A stretch of DNA of 59,155 nt, counting the filler. It is 7 parts of 7 records of this genome, joined end to end, with 100 filler letters (N's around TTAATTAATTAA, not from the genome) between each part and the next. Parts side by side here need not be neighbours in the genome. Positions count along the whole stretch, not along the records: positions 9,513 to 16,033 come from SRR31147125_20586; positions 16,134 to 22,197 come from SRR31147125_20598; 5 more parts are not named here. The stretch is one strand, 5' to 3'. The first letter of the stretch is position 1. Every line of letters begins with the position of its first letter. The notes beneath the pieces are model-generated. The model searched no databases, was not told the origin of the DNA, and worked only from the letters and a program-made list of their open reading frames with translations. A program made the position numbers and the translations under genes. Positions 9,582 to 20,339 of the stretch are shown here, piece by piece.

Positions 9582-12188
9582 ATGAAAGCATTGCCAAGTA
9601 AAAGTAATACAAGAAAAAAGACAAGCACTGCTAAAGCATCTAGCAAAAGAAAACCGACGACTAAAAGAAAAACAGCCAGCAAAAAGGCTACCCCTAAAAA
9701 ACCTGTTAAAGCTGAACAAAAGCGTAACGAAATTATAATAGGTATTGTAAGCTGTGTAGTTGGCTTATTTGTACTTATTATCATGTTTCAATCTTCAATA
9801 ACAGGTACTGTTGGCTCTACTATCAAAAGCTCATTTATGGGTGCTTTTGGCTCACTATGCTACATTATACCCATGATTGCTATTATCTTAGGATTTGTCC
9901 TAATATTCAAAAAAGAGCCTGGCATAAACTGGGGGCAAGTTACCATATGGATTATATTTTCTCTATGTGTAGCCATGTTTTACCATGCATTTTTCTTGGG
10001 TAAAATATTTCAAAAACGTGTAGTAGAAGTTGACTTTACAGTTTACACATTTAACGAATATGTGAAAGATTCATTTGAATACGGAATTACAAGCGGTGGT
10101 TCTTCAGGCGGTTTAGGAGCAATATTATCATACTGGATGCTAAAAAACTTTAGTATCTTCGGTGCTGTTTTTGTTCCGCTAACTTATATATTAATAGTAT
10201 TAATCATTAAAAATAGAGTTTTCTTAGGTGAATTTATAAAAAATACAAAAGCTCGTATGGATGAACATATTGAAGAAAGAAAAAAGATTCAGACACCTCT
10301 TGAGAAACTAGCATCTGATACCCCCGCCAAGCAAACTGGCAAAAGAAAGATTAGTCCAGATGAAGCAGTTGTTGCAAGTAAAACTAAATCTGATAAAAAA
10401 TCTTTACATGTCTTAAAGACCAAAAAACAAACTTTGTATGTGGAAGATATAAGAAATTCAACAGACAATCTTGATGAGGAACAAGAGCTTAATACAGACT
10501 TTCTGTTAAAGCATAATAATCAGCCATTATCATCAGCTAAAGCAACCAAATATATGGTTGATGAAAGCCAATGGAATTATGCACTAGAGAAGGAGCAGAC
10601 AAACAACCCGCCTCCTATACCTGCAAACCCTCCAAAAGCAGATGATAAACCTCCTATTCAGATTAGCATGAATGATGTTGATGATTATAAAACATCTAAA
10701 GATACACCTGCAAGATATTCAAAAAGCGATGCAGAATACGAATTCCCTCCTATGGACTTGATTGCTTTTAGCAACAATGCACAGGATGCAAGCTTACGTG
10801 CTGAGTGTCATGCAAATGCAATGAGATTAGAGGAAACTCTAAAAAGTTTCAGAATTGAAGCTAAAGTAATTAATATAACCTGCGGCTATACAGTTACTCG
10901 GTACGAGCTGCGTCCAGCACCGGGAATAAGAGTCTCAAAAATCAATGGATTATCCAAAGACCTCGCTATGTCATTAGCAGCAACCAGCGTTCGCATAGAA
11001 GCGCCTATACCAAATAAGAATGCTGTTGGCATAGAAGTTCCAAACCGAACACGCTCTTTAGTTGGACTAAGAGATATTTTGGAAGGCTCAAAATTTAAAA
11101 CCGCAAGCTCACATTTAACTATTTGCGTTGGTAAAGATATAACTGGCAGAAACATAGTTGCTGACCTTGCAAAAATGCCCCACATGCTTGTAGCTGGTGC
11201 TACAGGTTCAGGTAAATCTGTGTTCATCAATGCTTTAATCTTATCGTTGATATACAAAAGCTCACCAAAAGATGTTCGTTTTATTATGGTTGATCCTAAA
11301 AAAGTAGAACTAAATGTCTACAACGGTATTCCTCATCTGTTGATACCCGTTGTTACAAAGGCTTCACTAGCAGCAAGCGCACTCAACTGGGCTGTTAAGG
11401 AGATGATGAAGCGCTATGATATATTTGCAGAAAACGGAGTAAGAAATCTAGATGGATATAACAAACTTGCTAAGAGTAAATCTAAACTAGAACCAATGCC
11501 GAGAATAGTAATTATAGTTGATGAACTTGCAGACTTGATGCAGGTAGCATCTGCAGAGGTTGAGGATGCAATTTATAGACTAGCCCAGCTTGCCCGGGCA
11601 GCAGGAATGCACTTGGTAATTGCAACACAAAGACCTGATGTTAAGGTTATTACAGGTACAATTAAGGCAAATATTCCATGTAGAGTTGCATTCAGCGTTA
11701 ACCAGTTAGTTGACTCAAGAACTATCCTTGATGGCAGCGGTGCAGAACACTTATTAGGTAATGGTGATATGCTGTTTAAATTCTCTGGTAAGCCAATCCG
11801 TCTTCAAGGAGCATTCGTAGCTGATAAGGAGGTTGAAAAGGTATGTGACTTCCTAAAGGCTGAAGGTGTAACATACGATAATAACGTAATAGAAGACGTT
11901 AAGAAAATTGAAAAACAAACTCACAACGACTCCGGCAATGGAAATGGCTTAGGAAGTGAATTCGATAAATTGTTGCCAGATGCTGTAAAGGTAGTTTACG
12001 ACCATGAAAAAGCATCAACATCTATGGTGCAAAGAAAGCTAAGAATAGGATACAATAGAGCTGCAAGAATCATGGACGATTTGGAAAGACTTGGTGTAGT
12101 AGGAGCTGCTGAAGGCTCTAAACCAAGAGAAATATTGGTAGCTTACGGCACTGCTATGCAATTAGTATCGGGAGATAGTGATGAGTAA
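9582..12188 (+). CDS. ftsK: DNA translocase FtsK/SpoIIIE
   Basis: N-terminal TM segments, Walker A AGATGSGKS, IVDELADLM, ATQRP, C-terminal gamma domain (QRKLRIGYNRAARIMD). Confidence 0.96.
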   Translation: MKALPSKSNTRKKTSTAKASSKRKPTTKRKTASKKATPKKPVKAEQKRNEIIIGIVSCVVGLFVLIIMFQSSITGTVGSTIKSSFMGAFGSLCYIIPMIAIILGFVLIFKKEPGINWGQVTIWIIFSLCVAMFYHAFFLGKIFQKRVVEVDFTVYTFNEYVKDSFEYGITSGGSSGGLGAILSYWMLKNFSIFGAVFVPLTYILIVLIIKNRVFLGEFIKNTKARMDEHIEERKKIQTPLEKLASDTPAKQTGKRKISPDEAVVASKTKSDKKSLHVLKTKKQTLYVEDIRNSTDNLDEEQELNTDFLLKHNNQPLSSAKATKYMVDESQWNYALEKEQTNNPPPIPANPPKADDKPPIQISMNDVDDYKTSKDTPARYSKSDAEYEFPPMDLIAFSNNAQDASLRAECHANAMRLEETLKSFRIEAKVINITCGYTVTRYELRPAPGIRVSKINGLSKDLAMSLAATSVRIEAPIPNKNAVGIEVPNRTRSLVGLRDILEGSKFKTASSHLTICVGKDITGRNIVADLAKMPHMLVAGATGSGKSVFINALILSLIYKSSPKDVRFIMVDPKKVELNVYNGIPHLLIPVVTKASLAASALNWAVKEMMKRYDIFAENGVRNLDGYNKLAKSKSKLEPMPRIVIIVDELADLMQVASAEVEDAIYRLAQLARAAGMHLVIATQRPDVKVITGTIKANIPCRVAFSVNQLVDSRTILDGSGAEHLLGNGDMLFKFSGKPIRLQGAFVADKEVEKVCDFLKAEGVTYDNNVIEDVKKIEKQTHNDSGNGNGLGSEFDKLLPDAVKVVYDHEKASTSMVQRKLRIGYNRAARIMDDLERLGVVGAAEGSKPREILVAYGTAMQLVSGDSDE

Positions 12189-13518
12189 ATATAAAATCGG
12201 GCTAGTCTCATTAGGCTGTCCGAAAAACGAAGTGGATGCAGAGGTGATGCTCCACAGAATCAAAGAAGCTGGGCACGAAATAATCGAAAACCCAGCTGAT
12301 TGTGATTTAGTTATAATAAATACATGCGGTTTTTTACAATCCGCAAAACAGGAAGCTATCGATTCCATATTTGAAGTTGCGGACTACAAAGAAGAAAGTG
12401 ATCTTAAAAAGATAATAGTATCAGGCTGTTTTAGTGGTAGATACAGCCAAACAATCTATGATGAGATGCCGGAAGTTGATGCAATTTTAGGAGTATCACA
12501 ATATCCAGATATTGTTGAACATATTGAAAGATGCTTAGGCGGCGAAAGATATATCTGTGCTGAAATTAATGAAAAATTATCATCTGCTGAAGGCAGAGTA
12601 ATTACTACACCTCCCCACAGAGCATATCTAAAGATTGCAGAAGGCTGTTCAAATAACTGCACTTATTGCGCAATTCCTATGATAAGGGGTAAAATGCGCT
12701 CTAGAGCCGTCACTGACATTATTAAGGAAGCAAAAAAATTAATACAAAACGGTGTAAAAGAAATAACATTAGTTGCTCAGGATACTACCCGTTATGGTTT
12801 AGATATTGGTGAAACCCTCTCTGGTTTGCTAGGCAAAATTGCATCAATTGATACAAATGTTTGGATTAGAATTTTATATATGTATCCTGAAATGATTACA
12901 GATGCATTAATATCAGTTTATGAAAAACACGACAACATCTGTCGCTATATGGATATTCCATTACAGCATGTTAGTGATAAAATTCTAAAAAGAATGAATA
13001 GATACACTTCATACAATGGCATTGTTGAAACATATAGAAATATTCGCAAAAAATTGCCAGATATATCTTTGCGTACTACATATATAACAGGCTTCCCTTC
13101 AGAATCTCAAGAGGACTTTGATAAACTAGTTAAATTTATTCACGATTACCCATTTGATAACGTGGGTGTATTTTCATATTCCAGAGAAGAGGATACTCCA
13201 GCATTTAGTATGAAAGATCAGATTGATGATAGTGTGAAAAATGAACGAAGAGATTTGATATTACAGTACCAAAGCGAAATATCAAATAAATTAATGAATA
13301 AACGAGTTGGCAAAACCTACAAAGTATTAATAGAAGATTATCAGGATGGATGCTATTATGGCAGAAGCCAGCACTTTACAGCCGAAATAGATGGAGAAAT
13401 ACAAGTAATAAGTGATAATGAACTAATGATTGGAAAGTTTTATAGCGTAAATATAACAGATTCATCAATATACGATTTGCAGGGAAGGATTGTGGAAAAC
13501 AATGACAACAGCCAATAA
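12181..13518 (+). CDS. rimO: Ribosomal protein S12 methylthiotransferase RimO
   Basis: SLGCPKNEVD, INTCGF, AYLKIAEGCSNNCTYCAIP, TRAM C-terminus; conserved ftsK-rimO-pgsA order. Confidence 0.95.
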   Translation: MSKYKIGLVSLGCPKNEVDAEVMLHRIKEAGHEIIENPADCDLVIINTCGFLQSAKQEAIDSIFEVADYKEESDLKKIIVSGCFSGRYSQTIYDEMPEVDAILGVSQYPDIVEHIERCLGGERYICAEINEKLSSAEGRVITTPPHRAYLKIAEGCSNNCTYCAIPMIRGKMRSRAVTDIIKEAKKLIQNGVKEITLVAQDTTRYGLDIGETLSGLLGKIASIDTNVWIRILYMYPEMITDALISVYEKHDNICRYMDIPLQHVSDKILKRMNRYTSYNGIVETYRNIRKKLPDISLRTTYITGFPSESQEDFDKLVKFIHDYPFDNVGVFSYSREEDTPAFSMKDQIDDSVKNERRDLILQYQSEISNKLMNKRVGKTYKVLIEDYQDGCYYGRSQHFTAEIDGEIQVISDNELMIGKFYSVNITDSSIYDLQGRIVENNDNSQ

Positions 13519-14065
13519 ACTAACTTTACTTAGGATTTTGCTAATTCCTATTTTTATGTATTTTATGTACAAAGGTACTGATGCATCTAAAGTGATTGCA
13601 ATGATTATATTTATCGTAGCATCAATAACCGATTTTTTAGATGGATATATAGCAAGAAAATATAATCAGGTAACTAATTTCGGAAAGATATTCGATCCTA
13701 TTGCAGACAAAGTTTTAGTTCTAGCAGCATTAATACCTCTTGCAGAGTTTAACATGCTGGCTGGTTGGGTAGTCATTGTTTTGCTTGCAAGGGAATTTAT
13801 TGTTGGTGGATTCCGCAATGTAGTAGCCGCTGCAGGAGGCAAGGTAATAGCCGCAAGCATTATTGGAAAACTAAAAACCATATCTCAAATAGTTTTAATT
13901 TGCATACTCATAGTCAGAGATGTATGGTTTGGATTCATAGCTTTCCCATTTGAATATATATTTATAGCTATTAGTATAATTTTATCCCTATGGTCAATGA
14001 CCGACTATATAATAGGCGGATTAAAAGAGCTGAAAAGACTAGGAGCAATACAAAATGAAGGCTGA
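13502..14065 (+). CDS. pgsA: CDP-diacylglycerol--glycerol-3-phosphate 3-phosphatidyltransferase
   Basis: ANKLTLLRI, TDFLDGYIARKYNQVTNFGKIFDPIADK motif. Confidence 0.95.
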   Translation: MTTANKLTLLRILLIPIFMYFMYKGTDASKVIAMIIFIVASITDFLDGYIARKYNQVTNFGKIFDPIADKVLVLAALIPLAEFNMLAGWVVIVLLAREFIVGGFRNVVAAAGGKVIAASIIGKLKTISQIVLICILIVRDVWFGFIAFPFEYIFIAISIILSLWSMTDYIIGGLKELKRLGAIQNEG

Positions 14066-15311
14066 GATTATAGCAGTAGGAACAGAACTATTAATGGGAC
14101 AAATAGCTAACACCAATGCAATGTTTCTATCTAGGGAACTTTCTGAACTTGGAATAGATGTGCATTACCATCACGTAGTAGGTGACAACCAAGAACGCTT
14201 AGTAGAATTATTGAATATGGTTTTAAATAGATGCGATATTGTAATAACAACAGGCGGAATTGGTCCAACAATGGACGATCTAACAAAAGAATCGGTTGCC
14301 CAAGCACTATCAAGACCTATGGTTTTAGACGAAGAAAGCAAAAATGGAATAGAAAATTTTTTCTCTGTTGTACACAGAGATATGACAATAAATAATTTAA
14401 AACAGGCATATTTCCCAGAAGGTGCAAAAATTCTAAAAAACCCTAACGGAACAGCACCAGGCTGCGTCGTAGAAAACAAAGGTAAAATAATAATAATTCT
14501 TCCAGGTCCTCCAATGGAAATGCAGCCGATGTTTGCAAATCACGTTTTCCCATACCTAAGTAAATATACTGGAAACATTCTTAAATCTAAACATATAAAA
14601 ATATTCGGTATTGGTGAAAGCTCATTAGAGACATCATTAATGCATTTAATAGAAAATCAAACAAATCCTACTTTGGCAACATATGCAACAAAGGGTGAAT
14701 TATTGCTCAGAGTAACAGCCAAAGCAAGCACAGAAGATGAGGCATCTAATTTGCTTAAACCAGTGTGTGAAGAGATATCAAAAGTATTAGGAAATAAAAT
14801 TTACTCATATATTAATGAATCTTTACCGCAAGTAATTATAAATAAATTAGCCGAGAATAATATGCATGTATCCTTTGCAGAAAGTTGCACAGGCGGTATG
14901 CTGACTGGGATGCTTGTTGATATTCCTGGCTCATCGAAAGTGTTAAAAGAAAGTTTTGTTACATATTCCAATGAAGCTAAAATCAAAAGATTAAACGTTA
15001 GTGCAGAAACATTAGAAAAGTATGGAGCAGTTTCAGAACAAACAGCTGAGGAAATGGCTGTAGGCTTATATAATAATACTGATTGCAATATAGCAGTATC
15101 CGTTACAGGTGTTGCAGGTCCTGAGGATGCAGGTGATAAAAAAGCCGGGCTTGTTTATATTTCTTTATACGACGGTAAAGAATCTAAAACAATTAAATAT
15201 CAAGGAAGAAGCAATAGAGAATATAACAGACGTTTTTCGTCTTTAAATGCACTAAATATGATAAGACTTCATTTGCTAAAGCAGAAACTTAGTCTTACAC
15301 AAGGCACTTGA
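14055..15311 (+). CDS. cinA: Competence/damage-inducible protein CinA (MoCF-like domain + NMN deamidase domain)
   Basis: AEIIAVGTELLMGQIANTN, TTGGIGPTMDD, AESCTGG, SVTGVAGP. Confidence 0.95.
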   Translation: MKAEIIAVGTELLMGQIANTNAMFLSRELSELGIDVHYHHVVGDNQERLVELLNMVLNRCDIVITTGGIGPTMDDLTKESVAQALSRPMVLDEESKNGIENFFSVVHRDMTINNLKQAYFPEGAKILKNPNGTAPGCVVENKGKIIIILPGPPMEMQPMFANHVFPYLSKYTGNILKSKHIKIFGIGESSLETSLMHLIENQTNPTLATYATKGELLLRVTAKASTEDEASNLLKPVCEEISKVLGNKIYSYINESLPQVIINKLAENNMHVSFAESCTGGMLTGMLVDIPGSSKVLKESFVTYSNEAKIKRLNVSAETLEKYGAVSEQTAEEMAVGLYNNTDCNIAVSVTGVAGPEDAGDKKAGLVYISLYDGKESKTIKYQGRSNREYNRRFSSLNALNMIRLHLLKQKLSLTQGT

Positions 15312-15348
15312 CTCAAAATCAAGTACCTTTTTTATTTATTGATTAATA

Positions 15349-15903
15349 TTAAGCACGCACAAAAGAAGTTAAGTAAAAATTATCTCCCAAAACAAATTCT
15401 TCAATTAGTCTATATTGACGTTTTGCAAATTCTTTTATTAAGGTTTCTTTTTTTACCCTATGCCCTAGCGGCAGATACATATGTGTATCTTTATAGTGAA
15501 ACTCAATTATAGATATTTTACCTGTTTTAGCTAGTAACTTATCAAAGTGATTAAAAAGCAATTCTTTATCCTTTATCTCATGATATACAGTAACTAATAA
15601 TATAATATCTACAGTAATAGCATCTATTTTTTCTTCAATACTTTCACCATCCAACAAAACTACATTTTTTATATTATTAATTATTAGTTTATTATTAATA
15701 ATATCCAGCATATCTTCGTTTATATCGTAAGCATAAACATAATTATTAGTTATTTCTGAAGCTGGTATTGTAAATACACCAGTACCTGCACCATAATCTA
15801 AAATTGTTGATTTTTCGCTAGCATCAATCTTTCTAAGTGTGTCACTAGGATTTAGCTCCGCAACTCTAATAGAGTTTTCATATTTTCTAAGCTTATTGGT
15901 CAT
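15349..15903 (-). CDS. Class I SAM-dependent methyltransferase
   Basis: ILDYGAGTGVFT motif I, YAYDINEDML, VYHE. Confidence 0.85.
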   Translation of the reverse strand: MTNKLRKYENSIRVAELNPSDTLRKIDASEKSTILDYGAGTGVFTIPASEITNNYVYAYDINEDMLDIINNKLIINNIKNVVLLDGESIEEKIDAITVDIILLVTVYHEIKDKELLFNHFDKLLAKTGKISIIEFHYKDTHMYLPLGHRVKKETLIKEFAKRQYRLIEEFVLGDNFYLTSFVRA

Positions 15904-15990
15904 ATTAACCTCAGTAATTTTTATGTATTTTTATACTATACAGTATGATATATAAACTAAAAGTAATTATATCACATATCTATAAACCTA

Positions 15991-16033
15991 TCATTGCTCC
16001 CACTTAGAGCACCTGCCGCCCCATCTAGCAAGG
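15991..16033 (-). CDS. 3' end of a truncated gene, possibly an acyl-CoA dehydratase activase-related protein
   Basis: Minus strand reads LARWGGRCSKWEQ*, resembling the WGGRC C-terminus of clostridial activases; only 13 codons visible. Confidence 0.35.
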
Positions 16034-16133
16034 NNNNNNNNNNNNNNNNNNNNNNNNNNNNNNNNNNNNNNNNNNNNTTAATTAATTAANNNNNNNNNNN
16101 NNNNNNNNNNNNNNNNNNNNNNNNNNNNNNNNN
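16034..16133. other. Artificial contig spacer
   Basis: N44-TTAATTAATTAA-N44. Confidence 0.99.
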
Positions 16134-16757
16134 GGAAATATTAATGTCGGGAAAACGGTTTGCCACCTGCTTCACGAGCGATCTGATCGAATTGGGGTTT
16201 GCCATGCCCGTCGAATCGGCAAGGTTGATCTCGCGTACACCGGTCGCAGCGATCTTTTCTGCAGCACTCAGAACCGCCTGTTCCGAAACAGCCCCCTCAT
16301 AGACACACCCGAACGCGCTCTGCAGCCCCGCACGGACTTCGAGTCCCTGATCAAGCGCAGAGGAGATGAGGCCGACCATCGAATCGAGAGCGTCCGCCGC
16401 GGAACGGCGCGCATTTTTACGGCTGTGCGAATCGCTTACCGATACAGACATGGAGACATGGGGCACCCCGCAGGCCAGAGCCCGCTCCAGACCTCTGTCA
16501 TTCAGGATCAGTGCCGAGACGACCGTATCACGCTGTTTTCCCAGTGTCCTGATCAACTCATCGCTGTCGGCCATCTGGGGGACGATTGTGGGGTGGACGA
16601 ACGATCCCACCTGGATCCGTTTCACACCGGCATCTTTCAGCAGGGAAAACAGCTCGATTTTCTGTTCTATCGAAAAGAGCTGCGATTCGATCTGCAGACC
16701 ATCCCTCAGCGCCTCATCCTCCAGCAGCAATCCCGACGATATACTATTGTCTTCCAC
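16134..16757 (-). CDS. Hydroxymethylglutaryl-CoA lyase family protein (DRE-TIM), 3'-truncated
   Basis: LRDGLQIE, GSFVHP..VPQMAD, AFGCVYEG, LADSTGMANP. Confidence 0.9.
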
Positions 16758-16875
16758 CGCTCACCTCTATCTGTTTTGCCACCGATACATCATGTTCCAT
16801 TGAAACGGGAGTGGTGCACAGCCGAAAACCAGCATCAGACACCGTACTGCTAAACAATATCACGTTTCGCTAGAC

Positions 16876-16904
16876 AGAATAGCCTCCACTTCTTTTCCTG
16901 TCAA
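16876..16904 (-). promoter_or_regulatory. Sigma70-type promoter for the HMG-CoA lyase gene
   Basis: Minus strand TTGACA-N17-TATTCT. Confidence 0.7.
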
Positions 16905-17060
16905 CACCAGAAACGGAGCTCTCCATAGTTCTGATTAGCTTGAATTCCTTCAACCTGGATTCTGTAAGGTCTCACTGGCTCAAATACCATTGGGTACAGT
17001 GGCCGTTACGGATTGGACATCCAGACAGGTCTGCGCTTTCAGAAAACCTGAATGAAGAGG

Positions 17061-17108
17061 TGGGTAACTTTTACTCACAGTCCATTATTGATGGGTAATA
17101 ATTGTCCA
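17061..17108. promoter_or_regulatory. Tandem palindromic enhancer-binding-protein sites (UAS)
   Basis: TGGGTAACTTTTACTCA (17061-17077) and TGGGTAATAATTGTCCA (17092-17108), 31 bp apart, about 90-135 bp upstream of a sigma54 box. Confidence 0.6.
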
Positions 17109-17195
17109 AGATTAATCCTGATACTGGTATCCTCCCCACAAGGAAATGACAGGAATAACTAATTAATCATTACATTTAATAGACGTGTTTCTTTT

Positions 17196-17212
17196 CAGGC
17201 ACGGCTATTGCT
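17196..17212 (+). promoter_or_regulatory. Sigma54 -24/-12 promoter
   Basis: CAGGCACGGCTATTGCT with exact GG-N10-GC spacing, preceded by an AT-rich tract. Confidence 0.75.
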
Positions 17213-17326
17213 GGATCTCCACACAAATGATCCGTCCACAAACTGATGAGGAGCAGCTCATAAGCTGAGCCGGATCAGACTGATGGGTACCGACCTCATC
17301 GTAAAATCAACTCAAAGGAGTACGCA

Positions 17327-17683
17327 ATGTATCATAATTTTACACTATCTCTCGTTTTTTCGGCTCTTTTCCTTGCCTTATTGCCTGGAATTGGTGTTGG
17401 TGCTGATTATTCATCGATGTCAACCGAAGAACTGTCGAAACTGCGTGGAACGATGTACAATGCAACACAGGAAAACAGAGATGCATTCCGGGCGGAGTGG
17501 ACGGAACGCATTAACCAGATGACTCCCGAAGACAAGGAGCGCTATCTTGGTTCCGCCGGCGGAGTCGGTCAAGGAAACCGCGCAGGAAGCGGACTTGGTG
17601 ACGGTACAGGAAGAGGAAAAGGCGGAGGCGGAAACGGTCAGGGCGCAAGTCAGGGCGCTGGCCAGGGAGGCAACCGTCAATAA
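17327..17683 (+). CDS. Small periplasmic DUF1104-like protein with Gly-rich tail
   Basis: Signal peptide, then ADYSSMSTEELSKLRG...RDAFRAEWTERINQMTPEDKERY; AAGGAG RBS. Confidence 0.75.
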   Translation: MYHNFTLSLVFSALFLALLPGIGVGADYSSMSTEELSKLRGTMYNATQENRDAFRAEWTERINQMTPEDKERYLGSAGGVGQGNRAGSGLGDGTGRGKGGGGNGQGASQGAGQGGNRQ

Positions 17684-17746
17684 CCCGGCTTCACCAGGCA
17701 GTCCCAGGAGGATGCGGCGATCCACCCAGAAATAATGAGGACAGAC

Positions 17747-19349
17747 ATGAACAGACATATCATCGTCAGTTGCACCATTTCTCTTATCATTGCAGGCAGC
17801 TGTCCCGTTTTCGCCGCGTTTTCTGCGGACTTTGCAACATCCGATGAATGTGCATTCTGCCACACCTCCAGCGCCACTGCGCTGGTCGACCGTCAGGGGA
17901 ACAGCCTGTCGATCGCCGATGACTGGAGCGTCACGATGATGGGTAACTCCTTCAGAGACCCGCTCTTTCGTGCCAAACTTGAATCCGAAGTCGCCCGCAA
18001 TCCTCAGCTGGCAGAGGTAATAGAGGATAAATGCCTTACCTGTCACACGCCGATGGCCCGGACCCAGGCGATTCGAGACGGCGCTGCCGCCTATTCATTA
18101 GCTGAGGCCGAAACCACAGGCTTCGCGCTGGATGGGGTAAGCTGTGCGCTCTGTCACCAGATCCAAGATGAGGGGCTGGGGGAAGAGTCGAGTTTTTCAG
18201 GAAAATACGTTATCGGCACCGAGCGCAAAATGTTTGGCCCGTACAAGGAGGTGTTTGCAAACCCCATGGTCAATCATGTCGACTACCTCCCCACCTACGG
18301 AGAACAGGTTGACAAACCGGAGTTCTGTGCGACCTGCCACACCCTTTTCACACCGACGGTTACCGAGAAAGGAAAGATCAGCGGAGAATTCCCTGAACAG
18401 ACCCCCTACCTCGAATGGCTGAACAGCACGTATGCGTCACCCGAAAATTATCAATCGTGCCAGGATTGCCATATGCCGAAGATCAACGAACCGGTCAAAA
18501 TCACCAACCGCCCCCTGGTACCGGGTAGAACAGTCCCCGTTCTGGAAACACCACTTCACGGGCGGGAACAGATTCATCCTGGAAATGGTGAAAGACAACA
18601 GACAGTTTCTCGGATCCGGCGTCCCCGAAGCGCTGTTCGATCAGGCGATCGAGCGAACTGAAGAGCGACTGAGCCAGGAGTCGGCGGAAATCAGAATAGT
18701 GAACGTCGAGCAGAACGACAGCAAGCTCCTGGTTGAGGTACATGTCGCCAATATGACCGGCCATAAATTCCCCACGGGTTTCCCGTCGCGGCGGGCATGG
18801 CTCCACCTCACCGTAACCGACAACACGGAACACGTCGTATTCGAGTCCGGTACGTATACTCCTGACGGGGCGATCGAAGGTCTGGGCACCGAGTATCAAC
18901 CGCATCACGATATCATCGACTCACCGGACCAGGTGCAGATCTACCAGTCTGTCATGGGAGATAGTTCGGAAAAAGAGACACAGACCCTGATGCGGGCGGC
19001 AACCTATCTCAAGGATAATCGTATTCCGCCCGTTGGCTACCAGGACGCGGGTCCAATGACATCATTTACCGGAATCAAGGGAAATGCTGCCTCTGATGAA
19101 AATTTCAACAGGGCCGGTGATCACGAGGGCACAGGAACAGACACCGTCACGTATGTGATCGATCTGCCCGCCGCACAGTCCCCTCTCACGATTGAAGGGC
19201 AGATCCTGTATCAGACGAGCAGCCCCCGGTTTCTCCAGGACCTGTTCAATGATGATACACCGGCCGTGTCCCGCTTCAAAGAGATGTACTCCGATACGTC
19301 GAACAGCCCCGTTATCGTCGATTCGGCAACCTACGAGTGGAATAACTGA
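17747..19349 (+). CDS. Periplasmic pentaheme cytochrome c; single frameshift near 18511-18515
   Basis: Signal peptide; CAFCH, CLTCH, CALCH, CATCH, CQDCH; after a C-run the protein continues in another frame as PWYRVEQSPFWKHHFTGGN...GHKFPTGFPSRRAWL (ORFs 17735-18661 and 18432-19349). Confidence 0.85.
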
Positions 19350-19364
19350 GAGAACCGCCGGCTG

Positions 19365-20339
19365 TCAGCCTGCAACTTCCGGGTTCACACAATTACGGGT
19401 TGATTTGTTATTCAGGGCCCCCAGAAGATTGTCCAGTGCGCATTTCGCCATCGCGTAGCGGGTTTCATGGGTAGCGGAGCCGATATGCGGCAGTGTCACG
19501 ACATTGGGCAGGGAGAGAAGCGGCGAGTCGGCCGGCAACGGCTCCTGCTCGTACACGTCCAGGCCCGCCCCGCGAATTTTCCCCTCCTGCAATGCGTCCA
19601 CCAGGGCCTGTTCGTCGACAACCGGACCACGCCCCCCATTGATCAGGAAGGCTTCCGGCTTCATTTTGTCAAATGCTGCGGAGCCGATCATTTTCCGTGT
19701 CTGATCGGACAACGGTAAGACCAGGCAGACGAAATCAGATTCCGACAACAGCTCATCGAGCCTGCAGAGCCGGGCGTTGAACGATGCTTCCGCCTCCGCG
19801 CTGGGCTTTCTGTTATGATACAGGATCTCCATGTTAAACCCGTTGTACGCCCGCTGTGCGACCGCCGCCCCAATCCGGCCCAACCCGATAATTCCCAGTT
19901 TCTTCCCGTGAACATCAGAGCCGAAATGATCGGGCCCGACCATGTCGGTCCACCCGCCGTCTTTTACCATACCATTAAGTTCCGCAGCACGGCGGGCTGC
20001 GCATAGTATCAGCGTGAAAATCATATCGGCGGTAGTCTCGGTCAACACGTCCGGGGTATGCATCAGCATGACCCTGCGCTGTGTCATTTCGGCCACGTCG
20101 AAGTAGTCATAGCCGACAGAGACGGTAGAGGCTACCCGCAGCTTCGGTGCAAGTTCAAGGAGCTCCGCTCCAACCTGCTGCCCCACTCCGATCATCCCTT
20201 CTGCTTCCGCCAGAACGGATCTGAATTCATCCCCCTGCATCAAATCCAGGGAATCAACCCTGGTCACGTTACAATTTTCCCGCAGCCGCTTCTCCAGGTC
20301 TTCGGGCAAATCATCATATTGAATTACACTGTATGACAT
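19365..20339 (-). CDS. ghrB: Glyoxylate/hydroxypyruvate (2-ketogluconate) reductase, GhrB-like
   Basis: SVGYD, LMHTPDVLTETTAD, GLGRIG, INGGRGPVVDE, LDVYEQEP, PHIGSATHETR, NCVNP. Confidence 0.85.
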   Translation of the reverse strand: MSYSVIQYDDLPEDLEKRLRENCNVTRVDSLDLMQGDEFRSVLAEAEGMIGVGQQVGAELLELAPKLRVASTVSVGYDYFDVAEMTQRRVMLMHTPDVLTETTADMIFTLILCAARRAAELNGMVKDGGWTDMVGPDHFGSDVHGKKLGIIGLGRIGAAVAQRAYNGFNMEILYHNRKPSAEAEASFNARLCRLDELLSESDFVCLVLPLSDQTRKMIGSAAFDKMKPEAFLINGGRGPVVDEQALVDALQEGKIRGAGLDVYEQEPLPADSPLLSLPNVVTLPHIGSATHETRYAMAKCALDNLLGALNNKSTRNCVNPEVAG

